From positions 1 through 64,000 of the forward strand of contig JAAILG010001538.1 of NCBI GenBank assembly GCA_012026655.1: 64,000 nucleotides of DNA, read 5' to 3'. How positions within the stretch are numbered: position 1 is the first letter of the stretch; every line of letters begins with the position of its first letter. The notes below the pieces were generated by a model that saw only the letters and a list, made by a program, of their open reading frames with translations, was not told the origin of the DNA and made no database searches. Shown in pieces: positions 1 through 13,194 of this stretch. This DNA is from Hydrolagus affinis (taxonomy: Eukaryota). Made by a program: the position numbers and the translations under genes.

Positions 1-1529
1 AGTGGGGAAAACGCAAAGTCACTACAGTACTCCCGAAGCGAAAGGCACTAACTAACTATATCAACTGTAAAGAATATTGTTACAGTGAATTTGGGGTTCA
101 CTCAGAGGTAATCCGTTTGCAATCAAAATTTCAACCATGATAATACCAGAGCAATGAATAAAATAAAGGATGTGATGTTCAAAACGAATGAACCAATGGA
201 CTTCTAAATCCCAAATGTAACTTGATACATCGTTCACATTTCTGCATAGTTGCTGCTAAAAAATATATAACTGCATTTTTGAAGCATATGGTGCAGATTG
301 TTTCTCTTTGTTAAACACAGCAGAGTTTTAAAGGTCGAATACAAGAATATATAATGTGAAACAGATGGTGAAGTTGGCTGTTTTACAGTACAAATGTGAC
401 TTCCTATAAAACTGACTTGGATTCAGAGTCTGGAATAACTTGATGAGTGTATTGAATTGACTGAAATTGGAAGTGTATATTTTTTTCTTACTGAGCATCA
501 AATAATTATTCAATGATTAATTGTCAAAAATTTCAGAGTGATGGAATAAATGGGTGAGTGATGGATTTGCCTGTATAAGGTGCTCACTTTATATTGGTGG
601 TTTTAGGTTCATGCCCCGACAACATTGCCTTCTGACAGCTGCACCATTATCCATTCAACATAAAAATTACCACAAGGAGAATCTGAGATTGCGACATTTT
701 AAACCACAGCTAACTCAGTGATTAGGCTACTGCTAGTTCTGCCATTATTGCATCAGGTCAGTGTGAATGCTTTGAATGCAGTCCCAGAGAACTCCAGGAA
801 CACTGCAAAATGCTACTGCCTCAAATTACGAGAGCTTTTTCGGCCTCTCCCTCTGTCCCACTATCTATTCACTCCAATTCCCTTGAGTCTATTTTCATTG
901 ACTTTGCTCTGTTACTGTCTCCCTCACTTTCATTAAATCAGCAACAACAACTTGCATTTTCATATTGCCACTCGAAGCACAATCTACACTCACTGCTTCT
1001 GTCTACTAGTCTCCTTCCTAAATTGTAAATTGTGTTCCCTGACGTGACTCTGGGTATCAGTCTTGGCCTCCCCCTGACCCCACACCAGATTATCATTCTT
1101 CCATTAACGTCACTCAGTTGAACAGATTTTGAATGAACCCATGAAATCTACCTGCATCCCAGAGCATTGGATAACTTTAATCACCTATGAGGCTAAAAAT
1201 GTAAAAAGTTATTCCAATGTGTAACTAAGAACGTAAATTGATTTTGAAAGAAAGACACTAAAGGCTTCAAAGGGCACATCACCTTCTTCCTTCTCCCCAC
1301 GGGTTACATGGCTCATGTTTCTCTGTGGTTTTTCAGTAAATGCCTACTCCACGTTGTGTGTCTGATGTGTAATACCTACCAGACAACTTATCAATTTCAT
1401 TGCACCTTCATCTCCCAAAGGGGAGGAAATGACTCAGGATAAGAGAAGCCCCACCCTGAGCAATGGTTGCAGGAAAGTCTTTTCAGATCTCATTATTGTA
1501 AGTGAGATAATACAAGGGGGCATAGTGTT

Positions 1530-1752
1530 AAAATTAGAGCAAGGTCATCTAGGAGTGAAATCACTTTTTCACGCAAACAGTAGAGGAAATATTTCTCCCA
1601 AGAGTGCATGGTTGCTGGACTGAGGTGGGTAGAATTTTTTTAGGTAAGGATAACAAAAGATATGGAGCAAAGGCAGATAATTGGAGTTGAGCTACAGATC
1701 AGCCATGGCGGAACAGGCTTGAAGTTCTAAATGGTCTACTCCTGTTCCTATG
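1530..1752 (+). mobile_element. CR1 LINE 3' fragment
   Basis: CR1-type 3' end: ggagttgagctacagatcagccatg...gaacaggcttga...aaatggtctactcctgttcctatg. Confidence 0.7.
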
Positions 1753-2597
1753 AGATGTCTCCAGATGCTTGCGTTTCTCGGCTTTGCTTAGGTTGCTTTT
1801 GAGTTAGCTAATACTATCGAGTAAAATCAGTGATCTGTGGTATCATATGCTGTTATTTCCCAGCCAAGATAATATATGAGGGGCTTGGAAAGAAAGAAAA
1901 AGTCAGCCAGGGTTCCTGCTTCCCAATGCTATCTGCTGGAAAGTGATATGTGTGGAGGTTCAGTTGTTAGACTTCCCCACCCTTACCACTGACATTTCCT
2001 GACTAGACTTACATGTGAAGAATGCATGAATCAGTGCATTTCAATAGGAGTGATGATAGAATAAACAGATGTTGGACTGAATCTTACATTTGCATGATGA
2101 CCAACATTTATGGGTGTCTTGTTTTGCAATGTTAATAAAATGCATATTCAGCTCTCTCGTCAATCCAATGAGCTACACTGTCTATGAGGTGGGTAATATT
2201 TCTCTGAAGCAATTTTTAAAAATAAAAGTGGGAGAGCGATGATAAATAAAAGCAGTTTGACTTTAGAGATGTAGAAACCAAAAGGTCGGCCACTTGTGGT
2301 GATGAGCAGAGGATGGGATGAGTAGCAAGCCTGAATTAGTTGAGTGGAGTTGGGTAGAAGCTTGGAGAGATAAGGAGGTGCCAAGAAGTGTGGATGTATC
2401 TATTGGAAAGGGTAACAAGCTTGATCCTCTGGGTAGCCGGGAGTGGAAATTGGACGATCGCAGTGTGAAGTTTGGTGCAGGTGGCTGAGTTTCGAATGAG
2501 TTGCAGCTTGTAAATGGTGAAGCTAGGGAGACCAGTATTTTTGTTAACAATTAAAATATATGTTAGACACATATATTATGCACTGGAAAAGACCAAG

Positions 2598-2950
2598 CCA
2601 CAACAACTTGCGTTTATTTAACGCCCTTCTCACCAGATAGGGTCCCGCTACACTTAACATTGGCGGAGTCTAACCCCGAGGCAGGGGGAGAGTAAAGGGG
2701 GAATGAGCAGGATATGACGAAGGTGTGAATGAGTGTTTCAGCAGCATTGGGTGTGAGATGCGGGGAGAGGGCATGGAGGTGAAAGAAGGTTTGGTGAGGA
2801 GACTGGATTTCGAGGGAGAAAGGAAAGATGAGGATTGATCTGAATGCCAAGATTGTTTATCCGTTCAGTTTGAAAAAGACCAGGGGCAGGTTGAGGATGT
2901 CGGAGCCGGACAAGTAAAGGTGTTGGGGTGATTTGAGGAGGAAGGCTTCT
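2598..2950 (-). mobile_element. L2 LINE fragment with (caa)n tail
   Basis: caacaacttgcgtttatttaacgccc tail; minus ORF LTPNAAETLIHTFVIS matches the L2 ORF2 C-terminal motif. Confidence 0.7.
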
Positions 2951-4409
2951 ATCTTATACATATTCCAAGTTTTGCCCACATCTATACAGTCACTTCACTT
3001 TCAGTACATTCTGTGAAGTTCTTTGAAACGTCTAGAAAATGTGATAAGCGCTATATCAAATGCAAGGATTATAATTATTATATTCTGTTGGGAGGGAATA
3101 TAAATTCAAATTTGTGTCATTCAAATTTAAGATTTTAAAATCTGCGAATGTAACTATAGTTACAGCTGATGGAGAGAGACGCGTATAAAGTTTGCATTTT
3201 TCTTCTCACTCAAGCTTTCCATGACAAAATCTATCAGCAAGCTTCATGTTTTTGAAGAATCCAGGAATGGTGCAAGTCAATCAGCACACATTCTCCCAAC
3301 ACATTCTTTATGAGTCTGCAGTTAGCTATACTCGGGTTTGCGTGCACACCCTATTTATATGTATGAACTTGTAAAGGTCCTGCTCTCTTCATTCTTATGA
3401 AGGTTTGTTTTGTTAGAAATTTAACAATAATGAGAGCAATTTATATTTTGCGTGTGATTCTTATATACGGTATGTTGGCAGTGTAGAGTAGCTCTCAGAA
3501 GTGTTATAATGCTTGTTGGTTTAAACAAATTCTCTTAACAGCTCATAAATCATCAACTATTTCATTTTAAACAGTGGTAAACAAAGGCCTTTATTATGTC
3601 CAGTTGGTATAGATACATCTTTTTATAAAAATACAATGCTTTTCTACCATAGTATATGCCATATGGAATGTCCCATAACTGTACAACCAAAGACCTTAGC
3701 ACTAATACGGTGCTGGGGAGAGCACTGCATTACTGGAAATGCTGTCGTTACATCGAGGACCTGTCTGCTTGTTCAGGTGGACATTCAAAATCTCAAGGAT
3801 CTCTTCAAAAATAGAAGGGAGCTTCTCTCAATAATCCCCCAGATAAAATTGGTCATTCCCTGAATGAATTTTTGTGGGACAGAAAGAAGCGAGGTCTAAT
3901 TTGCACTATTGCTTAGCAAGATTTTACTGAAGGAATCTAGTTCGAAACTCTAAAAGATTTCCTTTGAAATAGCAGAGATGAGAGTCCGAGGTCTCTTGCT
4001 CGAGTGCTGACTGTCCTCTTGCAGAGCCTGTATTTTAACAGAATTCGCACTAGTAAGGCCTGTTACGATGGGGTTTTCCAGTCCCAGGCTGCATTTTACA
4101 AATATTTGTTGATGAATTAAAAGATGGCACTGGAATTTGGAAGGTGAAGTGTTTTCATTTAATTTTGGGATTATCACTGGTTATATTACTGCTGGTAATA
4201 ATTACCACATGGAACAACAACAACAACAAAATTACATGGCACCAAAAATGTGGTTAAATCCATCTATTAAGAACCTTAGGCTCACTAGAAGCTGGTTCGG
4301 TTCTACTGGTTGGGAGGGGAATAATGAGCTAACATTGCCATTTCTGACCAGTGTGGCCTTTGCTGGAAGGTGTGTGTATGTTGTGTGAATGTATAAAATG
4401 TATTGAGAA

Positions 4410-5039
4410 CTGTTGTATATTGCCCATCTCTGCCAATATCTCACCCCTAAAGCTGCCGAAACCCTGGCCTATGCATTTGTCACCTCTCAGCTGGAGTACT
4501 CTAATGCCCTCCTCGCCGGTCTCCTTTCCGCTACCAGTCATAAAATTCGGCTCATTCAGAACTCTGACGCCCACATTCTCACCCAAATCAAACTTCCCTG
4601 ATTAACCCAGTCCTTGCCAATCTTCATTGGCTTCCAGTCACAGAGCAGATCGACTTCCAAGATCCTCACTGTCGTGTTTAAATCCCTCCACTCGTTTGCA
4701 CCCCATTACCTCTGTAACCTCCTCTCTCCACACATCAATACCTGCTGCCTCCGTTCTACTAGGTCTGCCCTCCTCCTTGCCCCCGAATCTTCTGCTCTAC
4801 CATCGGCGGTCGTACCTTCAGCCACTACGTCCCGAAGCTGGAACTCCCTCCCTCAATCCCTTTACCTCACCCCCTCCTTTTCCATTTTCAGGTCATGCTT
4901 GAAGACCTTTCTGTTCGACCATGCCTACAGTCACCTTCCCCCTCCCCTTCCCCCTGGCTAGGCCCCGGGCTCTGCTATTGTAAAGTGCTCTGAGACACCA
5001 TCCAGCATGGAGGGAGCTATATAAATCAAGTTGTTGTTG
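4410..5039 (+). mobile_element. L2 LINE 3' fragment
   Basis: ORF YLTPKAAETLAYAFVTSQLEYSNALLAG is the L2 ORF2 motif; ends gctatataaatcaagttgttgttg. Confidence 0.85.
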
Positions 5040-6136
5040 AAGGAGGGATAGATTTTGCTGAGATTCTATTTCCCCCTCCCCTACAGCCGAGGTACTGTCT
5101 GCCTGTTTAAGTGGACGTTATAAAATCCCACAGCACTATTTGAAAAGAAAAGGCAGTTTCTCTGGGTGTCTTAACCAACAATCTGGTCACAAAATGGAGT
5201 GCATCAGTCACTGAGGCACAGAAGCCAATAAAATGTAGAATGTATTATCAGTGAAAATCAACCAAAAAATGGTCAAAAGCATTCTCTAGTTATCACTGGC
5301 TAGTTAGTGGTGGTGGGGGTTGGGTGGGGGATTCACTTTTGACTATACTATAAAATGTTGTAAACTTCCCCCTTCTGTTGCATTTGAAATCAGGAGATGA
5401 TTTTGTGCAAGATGTGTATTTAATATTTTTTCAGATGGAGTTGTGATAGCTGTATTATGTACTAATAATAATACTTATTACATTTTCAAGATGTCTTAAA
5501 GTGCTTCACAGAATATGTTGTAAAGTGAATAGACTGTATATTTTGGGGGTGGGGGGTGGGGGCAAAACAGATCTCTAAATGTTCCAAGTGAATCAGAAAG
5601 GATGCATCTTCATTTCCCCTGCACTGCACCTAAAACATGATCCAACTTGGTTTAGTACAGATATATTGATGTTTAATTTGAACTTTAAAAAAACATAATC
5701 AAACACAAAGATTTCAGAACAGACTGTGGAAATGAAATACACTTCCTCAGAGGGCTGTAGAAGTTGAATCAATTGAAATGTTTCAATGTTAGAATAAAAA
5801 ATAAAAATAATCCTTACATTTCATACAGCTCTTTCTGATCAGAAGGTCGTCTCACAACCTTTCCCAGGATTTCCTGTATAGTGTGTTGATTCTATTTTAT
5901 AGACAACATGGCAGCTAACTTGTACTACTGATCGAACACAGACTTGCCTAGAATTGTGCAAATGTTTGGGAGGTGGGGGGAAGGGGTGTTTCTTCACTGC
6001 CCTGTGGACTATTTCCACCTGGAGGCCACAGACAGGTTGGCCACCACTGGATTAGTCTATATATTGACTGGCTTTAATGCGCTATGTATTAGATACACTT
6101 CAGTACATGATTACATATTTTTTTCCCCTCATTTAG

Positions 6137-6241
6137 AGCACGGATGATAGCTATGGAAAAGCAGATTGCCAGCTTGACTGGCCTGGTTCAGTCTGCATTG
6201 TTCAAGGGAGGCAACGCCAATGGTACCAAAGAAATTACCAG
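6137..6241 (+). CDS. KIAA1217: KIAA1217/SKT coding exon A (first in window)
   Basis: ttttcccctcatttag acceptor, AG|gtaaga donor; 105 nt, phase 2-2; reads ARMIAMEKQIASLTGLVQSALFKG, the MEKQIASLTGLVQSAL motif of the SKT/SRCIN1 family. Confidence 0.95.
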
Positions 6242-6832
6242 GTAAGATTTAAGATTTGCTTTTACATTGTTCCTTAAAATAATTCATAAAAAATTCTCCC
6301 TGACCTCTTCAAGATCATGACGATATCTCTATTTAATTATAAACTGCTGCATGTGACTGAAATTACATTGATCTGTTGGGAAAAAATAGTGATGGAAAAT
6401 GGGATTTATGTTGGGGGTACATTCTCCTGCCCTGAAAATGTCTCAATGTCTTAGTCAATAACTGATCCCGCTGACTTCATTCAAATGGTTTTGCTCGAAT
6501 GCTGGTTGCACCATCTATTGAGCGTTCTCTGTCACGCACGGTCCAGTGGCTGTTTGTCAAGTAATGGTGTACCCAAACTTTTAAAGCTGAGTAGAGGCAG
6601 AATTGATTTGGATGTTTAAACTGGGAGATGGATAGAGACAAGGCAGCCTTGTTAGAGATCCATAAAACTCCATCCCATGCTATCGCGAGACGCAATAGTG
6701 GCTTTGGCTGCACATATGCAAACAAGCCAGTGCACTATTTCTGTCACCTTCTCACCCCATTGTTAATAATTGATATTTTCCCAACAAGATGAAGCAATGC
6801 GTTTAATTATGTGCTTTTGTTTAAACTTCCAG

Positions 6833-6879
6833 TGAAAAGATCAGGATCGGATCGATCCCCGGCAGTTCTGAAGCAGGAG
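6833..6879 (+). CDS. KIAA1217: KIAA1217 coding exon B (47 nt)
   Basis: ttaaacttccag acceptor, GAG|gtactt donor; (S)EKIRIGSIPGSSEAG(G); phase 2-1 bridges exons A and C; SEK start matches human SKT as recalled. Confidence 0.8.
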
Positions 6880-7064
6880 GTACTTGTTTTATTTTTCCTT
6901 TCCACCTCTTTCCTTTCTCCCACTCCCTCCCTGAAGGCCTTTTCCTAACTAAGCAGCTATTGTTTACATAAGAATAAATGGTGGGTATGGTCTTCTGCTG
7001 TTTCACCCAGAGGGAATGCTGAGGTCAAAAGGTTAGGTTTCACTGGAGCATTGGAGCGGTCTTG

Positions 7065-7445
7065 TGACTCTTGCATACTCACCCAGACCAAAGTCTGTTA
7101 CGCCATCTCACCAGTTCTGGCCGGGCTCCACCGACTCTCCATCACCGAACGGATCAACTTCAAGATCCTCACACTCGTGTTCAAATCCATTCACCTCCCT
7201 ATCTCTCCCTAGCTCCTCACTCCCACAATCCACCACCCGGTGCCTCTGTTCAACTTGCGCTTGTCTCCTCCTTGTCCCTCGCAGCCTCCGCTCAACAATT
7301 GGAGGTCGGGCTTTCAGCCATTACACCCCGAAGCTATGGAACCCTCGCCCTCTTCCCTCTGCCTTGCCCTCTCTCTGCCCCTTTTCAAGTCCCACCTGAA
7401 AACTTTACTACAACCATGCTGATGGCCACATCCTCCTACCCCCAC
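7065..7445 (+). mobile_element. L2 LINE 3' fragment
   Basis: LLVPRSLRSTIGGRAFSHYTPKLWN; similar to the other L2 copies in the window. Confidence 0.75.
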
Positions 7446-8124
7446 AATGCAATTGTTAATGTAATATGGATTATGGATCTGTCCACATTCTGCAGCCTGT
7501 CAAGCATTAACATCAGCCATGTTTCTTTGTGCGAATATCTACATGCACGCAGTAGCATGTTTGCTTACAAAATACACACTCACTGCAATTTACAGTGAAA
7601 CATTTTGAGAAGTCCTCCTGATGTGAAAGGTGCTCTACCAAATGCTAGCATTATTATTAATAATATAATAATGCAAAATCCACTGCCCTTCAGTGCACTC
7701 CCCTGCACCCTCTAATTAAGATGGATTAAAGCAGTCATCTACAAATACAAATCTGTTCACAAAATACGCAGTAAAATCCACTTTACAGTATATTCTGTGA
7801 AGTGCTTGGAGAAGTCTCGATGATGTGATAATGTACTCTGTCAAATGCAGGGATTAGTATTAAAACAGCATAATTTTTTTTACGATGTCTGGCAAATCCC
7901 CCCAAATTCAGAACAGCTGCTTGCAGTTCACGCTGGCAACATTCAGTTATCTAGCACTGTAGTTGCTGCTTGGCATAGTTTGGCTTCAGTGCTGTGTCTA
8001 CAGCATGCAGGGCGGGGCTTCCCCAGCCATTTCTAGGGTAGGTTCTAAAAACTGTACCGGCAAACACCGAAATCCGGGAGGTGAGTGGGCCCAAACCATG
8101 CCGGATTATCGAGATTTTACTGTA

Positions 8125-8275
8125 TTGTTAAGGTGCCATTCCTGCCCTTGTTTGAACCAGATCTCTGTTATTGCCACTGCACCGTAATCCCATGTGGCAA
8201 TCTGCGCCTGCTGCTCAACGATTTTATTTGTCACACTCCGTGCATTTAGATGCATGCACTTCAAAACTGCTTTTT
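8125..8275 (-). mobile_element. CR1-type ORF2 endonuclease N-terminal fragment
   Basis: Minus ORF LKCMHLNARSVTNK...AVAITEIW matches the APE endonuclease NARS..NK and ITETW motifs. Confidence 0.75.
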
Positions 8276-8976
8276 TCTGCTTTGCATTTCCCCCCTGACT
8301 GAACACAGGTCTCATGCGAGTGCTCTAACCACTGAGTTACAGGAGCTCCACTTGTGAGTGCTCCCCTCTCCTCCTGAACTCTCTGTGGCTGCGAGGTGAC
8401 CACCATCTGAAATGTATGATCCATATTCTCTATTCCAGAGAATATTAGGCACAGATTAGCAAGATTTAGCAAGATTAGCACCCTGTTTATTTCCCCCACT
8501 ACCAACCCGCCCTCATTAGGTGGATAGCAAATATCAGGAGCTTTCTGCAAGCTTTCCTTTCAGCAACTTGGGATGTCCTCTCAATGTGAAAGGCGTTATA
8601 TAAGTATAATTGTGTTGTTGTTGTTGTGGGTGGGCTACACAGACCAAACTCTGTGCACACCTCAACACCTGTTGCCCCAAGCCTCAGTGTTTCCTGATCA
8701 GTTCTCTGATGGACCAGTATCTTCAGCATGGTAGGGGAACTTTACAATCCAACTTGTGCCAGCCACTTTAATGTTCTCAAGGTTGGACAGTAAGGGAGAG
8801 GAATTCAGAAGAGGTTTTTCCTTCTTTACACCAGTGGAACAACTTGCTGTGCTCAGGTACTGATTTTTCTTTGACCTTTGAAGAGTCCTATCCCACTTTG
8901 TTAACAATTTGGCATTTCCATTTCCCGGATCATGTTTCCCTACAACTTTCTGAATAGGATTGAATACTGGAATATA

Positions 8977-9192
8977 CAATAAAAGCCTGTTTATCTGGCA
9001 CCCGATCAACCGGAACTTCTGTAAAACCGGCATCGCAAAAAAAAATTAGCATTCGATTAACCAGAATTTATCTGGAAAAATGTACTAAAAATTATTTTTA
9101 TTTATTTTTTGCGTTTTCAGCCGAATATCCAGCACACGCTTTAACTGGCATTGGCCAGTTCCCGAGGGTGCTGGATAAACAGGCTTTTACTG
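8977..9192. mobile_element. Tc1/mariner (Tigger/pogo-like) MITE, short copy
   Basis: TA-flanked; left caataaaagcctgtttatctggcaccc, right gggtgctggataaacaggcttttactg (about 27-bp TIR). Confidence 0.88.
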
Positions 9193-10275
9193 TACTACAC
9201 TATGCTGTAGTGTACTCTGGGAGTTAACAGAGTTAACTCGGGCTCAATTCCTTTCAATTGGGAGCCTTATTAGTCATTGTTGAAAGTAGGCTTATTCCGT
9301 TCATCCTGCCTGGATTGAAGTGTATGTTCTGCCAGGTGGTGACATGGAATATTATGTAAAAACAAGATTCGACATTTTGCGATCTTATTTGAAGCAGAAT
9401 GTTGAATTAAAAACACCAAAAATGAAAAAGATTCTTAGATAATGTGTGTGTCCCCAAATCAGATGTGGAGAAATCGTACAAATCGTAGACAGTTGCGTGA
9501 ATTGTTTCCCACTCTTTAGAAGACAGAAAATTAATATTGGTGTCACATGTGGCACATTTAATGCCATTTGTTAAATGAGTGTTTCTGCTAACCACTAATT
9601 TGAAACTGATGCCATCCTGATTTCCTTTTGCACTGTTATAAGAATCCTTCCATGGGATATAGCATCATACCACATCATTAAAACATCGCGTTTAAACCCA
9701 CAACCTTGTGAATCCAGAGGCAAGAATTCTACCAACTGAGCCAAGTTGACACTGAATACATATTTTCAAGTACAATATTCACTACTCTTTTATTGGCCTG
9801 ATTTGAAATCACTGATGCAGTGCCCATATATCTAGAACAATGCAAATTATCCCTTCACTGGAATCACTCAGCATTTCCGATCCAACCTGAGATATTAGGA
9901 TTGATCACTTGGCAATTGTTCATATGAAGTAATCTTTTTGTTGAGTGTTCAGATGGGAAACCGTACTGTGTAAATGTAACATAAAGATAGATAGTGTTAG
10001 AGACTGGCCCATCAATGACTCCATGTCCATGGATTCTCAGTGGTTGGTCAACTGGCAATGCACTATAAACAATACTGAAGTCTGGACTCATAGCACTGGG
10101 ATCTGAAGGCAGAGCTATAGATTGGTCACACAGTATAATTGCTGAGCTCCATCCCGGTCTTCACCAAAAAGAAGCACATTTGATTTTCTTTTATTAAAAC
10201 TATAATTTAATTTTCGTACAAACTGTCAAACTGTTTTCTTTCGTCTTCATTCAATGTAATAATCTTTCTCCATAG

Positions 10276-10439
10276 GGTCAACGAATGCCACAGCAGCAAA
10301 GGACTCTGAGATCAATTTAGAAACATTGAGTGACGTCATTCAGATTTCTGCCTCATGTACACATCAGCTACAAGTATTTGAGTTACGAAGAAATGTCCTA
10401 GACCTCCGCCAGCAGCTTCAGCAGTTAAGATATCTACAG
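10276..10439 (+). CDS. KIAA1217: KIAA1217 coding exon C
   Basis: ctttctccatag acceptor, CAG|gtattg donor; 164 nt, phase 1-0; ends FELRRNVLDLRQQLQQLRYLQ (start of coiled coil). Confidence 0.92.
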
Positions 10440-10483
10440 GTATTGTTCATCTTTCAACAAGTTTAATAACCACATAGCACATG

Positions 10484-11005
10484 TGAATGCTGCATTGTCA
10501 GAGGTGCATGCTTTGAATGAGACTTTAAACCAAGATATGGTCTCTCTATAATAGAATCAGTAGTCTCTGATAATACGCAGCAGCTCAGGAAGCATTTATG
10601 GAGAGAGGAACATGAGTTAAAGTTTCGGGTCAATGACCTTTTGTCAGAACGCTGCCGTTGAGTTCTGACGAAACGTTATCGACCTTTAACGTTAACTCAT
10701 TTTCCTCCGTTTCTCCATGGATGCTGCCTGACTTGCTGTGTGTTTGAATAGGGAGACATTGAATCTATGAAAATAGGTGGTCATTGAAATACCATTGCTA
10801 TTTGTAAAGGCCTGGAGTTTTTCCTGGTATCCTGACCAACAATCTGTCAGATAACATTAATCATTCACTTCATGGTTGTTTGTGTGCAAATTGGCTGCTG
10901 CCTACAAAATGCACAGTCACTACACTTAACGGTCTATCTCATGATGCTGTTTGAGATGCCTCCCTATCATGAAAGGCACTATATCTCAAATGCAAGGCTT
11001 ATTAT
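10484..11005 (+). mobile_element. Old Deu-domain SINE interrupted by the inverted-repeat element
   Basis: tgctgcattgtcagaggtgc...tgagactttaaacc, then ttttcctggtatcctgaccaaca, tgtgtgcaaattggctgctg and L2-type tail. Confidence 0.6.
10572..10745. repeat. Long inverted repeat, Penelope-like, with degenerate hammerhead-like cores
   Basis: Arms 10572-10650 and 10662-10745 pair across an 11-nt spacer; each arm reads gttCTGAc(g/a)A-stem-(GA)AAc(g/t)ttaactc-...-tctcca...atgct(g/t)cctga. Confidence 0.75.
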
Positions 11006-12145
11006 TGTCATAAATGGATATAAATCTCATGTTTTGAGGCTATGAAAAACATCAATAAGAGAGCTGGTGAGTTCAGCATCCAGAAGCTCTGCTTCTTTAA
11101 GTTTAGATGCTCAATGGAGCTTCTCATATTGAATGCACTTCAATGACACAAAGTGGTGTCAAGCTGTGGGCATTGATCATTTACAGCTCTTACAATGTAC
11201 TGCCTCTCTGTGCTGCATGTTAGCTACATCAAGCAGTGCTTTATTTCAGCTTGTCAGAGTCTTGCATCATGTATTCCAGTCTCACTGGGTGCTTTATTTT
11301 TCAAAAATTGTCATTAAGTTACTTATGGTGAAACCCCACTTACATTGCTCCCCAGGAGGCAGTTAAAGTGAATAGTGGTTGCTGCTGAATCCGATAGTGA
11401 GCAACGCGCTGAACAGCATGATATAGATTCATTTTGGCAGTCGGATCCGCTCGGTAACTTGGAACAATCTGAGCATAGGCCAGCCTCTCTCCAAGGTCAC
11501 AGTGTTCCACGTAATGCATGGCACAACATGCGCGGGGAGTAGAAGGTCAGAGTTCTGACTAATAATGCAAACCTCTGAAGGGGGTGAGGCCACGAATAAA
11601 CTAGCTGCCTGTGGCTATACTTTCAGTGCTTCCTTCTTTCCCCTAGAGTTTGTTGTTTGGTTAGCTGGGTGTCTTGACACACACAGAAATCTATCAACGT
11701 GGTTAAGAGTATCGCCAAGACCGAGAATTGTATGTATATCACCTAAACATGGAACATGGCTTGCCTGGAATGGAAATATGCACTCTCTTTCTCTCTCTCT
11801 TTCTTTGGAGAGTTGCACCCTGATCACCTAATTCTGGAGAGTATTAACCATAGGATGATGGCAAGAGCCAAGGCTCCACAATTCCAAAGTGCATTAGGGT
11901 ACAATTGGAGTCTAATGAGCTAAAACCACAAAGCTTGCCATTGAAAGCACTGTTATCATCAGCAGTGCCCTGGAGTACTGCAGCCCCGCCTGTCCCAGGA
12001 ACGGGATTACCAAGACCTCTGCAGAGGATTGGCTTATTGCAGATATTCTGTTGCTAAGCATGTCGTCTTGGAGCCAGTTAAGGTCAAAGAAGATCCCACA
12101 AGGAGTACAATCCTACAGTAGAGTTTAAAATGAATGCCTGTGTAC

Positions 12146-12450
12146 AACAACTACAAATTACATATGTATAGCGTCCTTCACGCCCGATAGACATCCCAGG
12201 GCATGTACAATCAGGGGTTTTGGACCCGAGCTGGAAGTTGGGGTCAGGAGAGGTGGAGGGGAAGTGGGGGTGGCAGTAGGAGGCTGGCAGAAGGCATGGT
12301 CGAAGAAGAAGTCTTTAGACTGGGCTTGATGGAGGCAGGAGAGGGGGTGAAGTGGACGGATTGCTAGTAGGGTTCCCGAATTTGGGGGCAGAGATGCAGA
12401 ATGCTGGACCATCAATGGTGGGGCAGGAAGTGCGGGGAAAGTGCGAAGGA
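12146..12450 (-). mobile_element. L2 LINE 3' fragment
   Basis: acaacaactacaaattacatatgtatagcg tail followed by purine-rich antisense L2 body. Confidence 0.7.
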
Positions 12451-13194
12451 CAGATGTGTGCTAGAACATTGTGGTTTTAATTTACATGCTAGTTGTAGAA
12501 CTTCCAAGAACAATATCATACCACACCAAGTTTAATGACCTAAAATGACCAATTAAATTACATTGAAATAAAATGGTAGTAGGCTGTAAAACAGAGATTG
12601 AACAATATGGGCATCAATAATATTTAACAAGTATTATTGCTTATCGACTTTGATTGCAATCTCACTCTTTAGGTTCTGCTTATGGTGCCTGAATAAGATC
12701 TTTAATTGCTTATCATCCAGTTTTCAATGCTGGCGCTTTTGAATGAGCAAACTAATTGAGCTCCCTTTGTTTATCTGAACCATCTGATTCCATGCCCCTA
12801 ACCTTTGGAACTCCCTTCATCTACCTTTCTAGCTTGCCCTCTCTATCTGTCTTAAAAGCCAAACTCATCTTAAAAAGTACTCTTCAACTGCATAGTCTCA
12901 TCCCCTTCACGCTTGCTCGATGTCTAACCCTGTCTTTGTAAACTTATCTTGAGACACGCTGACTTATCCTGCAAGAACGCTGTATATAAATGCAAGCTGA
13001 ATTAAATAAGGTTTAAGATTGTGCAGAATTCTGGAAAAATATCTTGAACTTAGTTCTATTGGGGAGGCTACTTTTTAATAGATAATTACTGTAAACCTGT
13101 GCTTCTGAATTTACAAAATCAGGTGTAGTTTAGTTCAGATGAAGACCTTCAGCCCATCTGATTTCACCTCTCCAGAATACTCTTCCTACCCTGT

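Noticed and set aside
1-6136. Further upstream KIAA1217 exons
   Set aside because: I found no segment with splice sites and SKT-like translation; it looks intronic, though a short divergent exon could be missed
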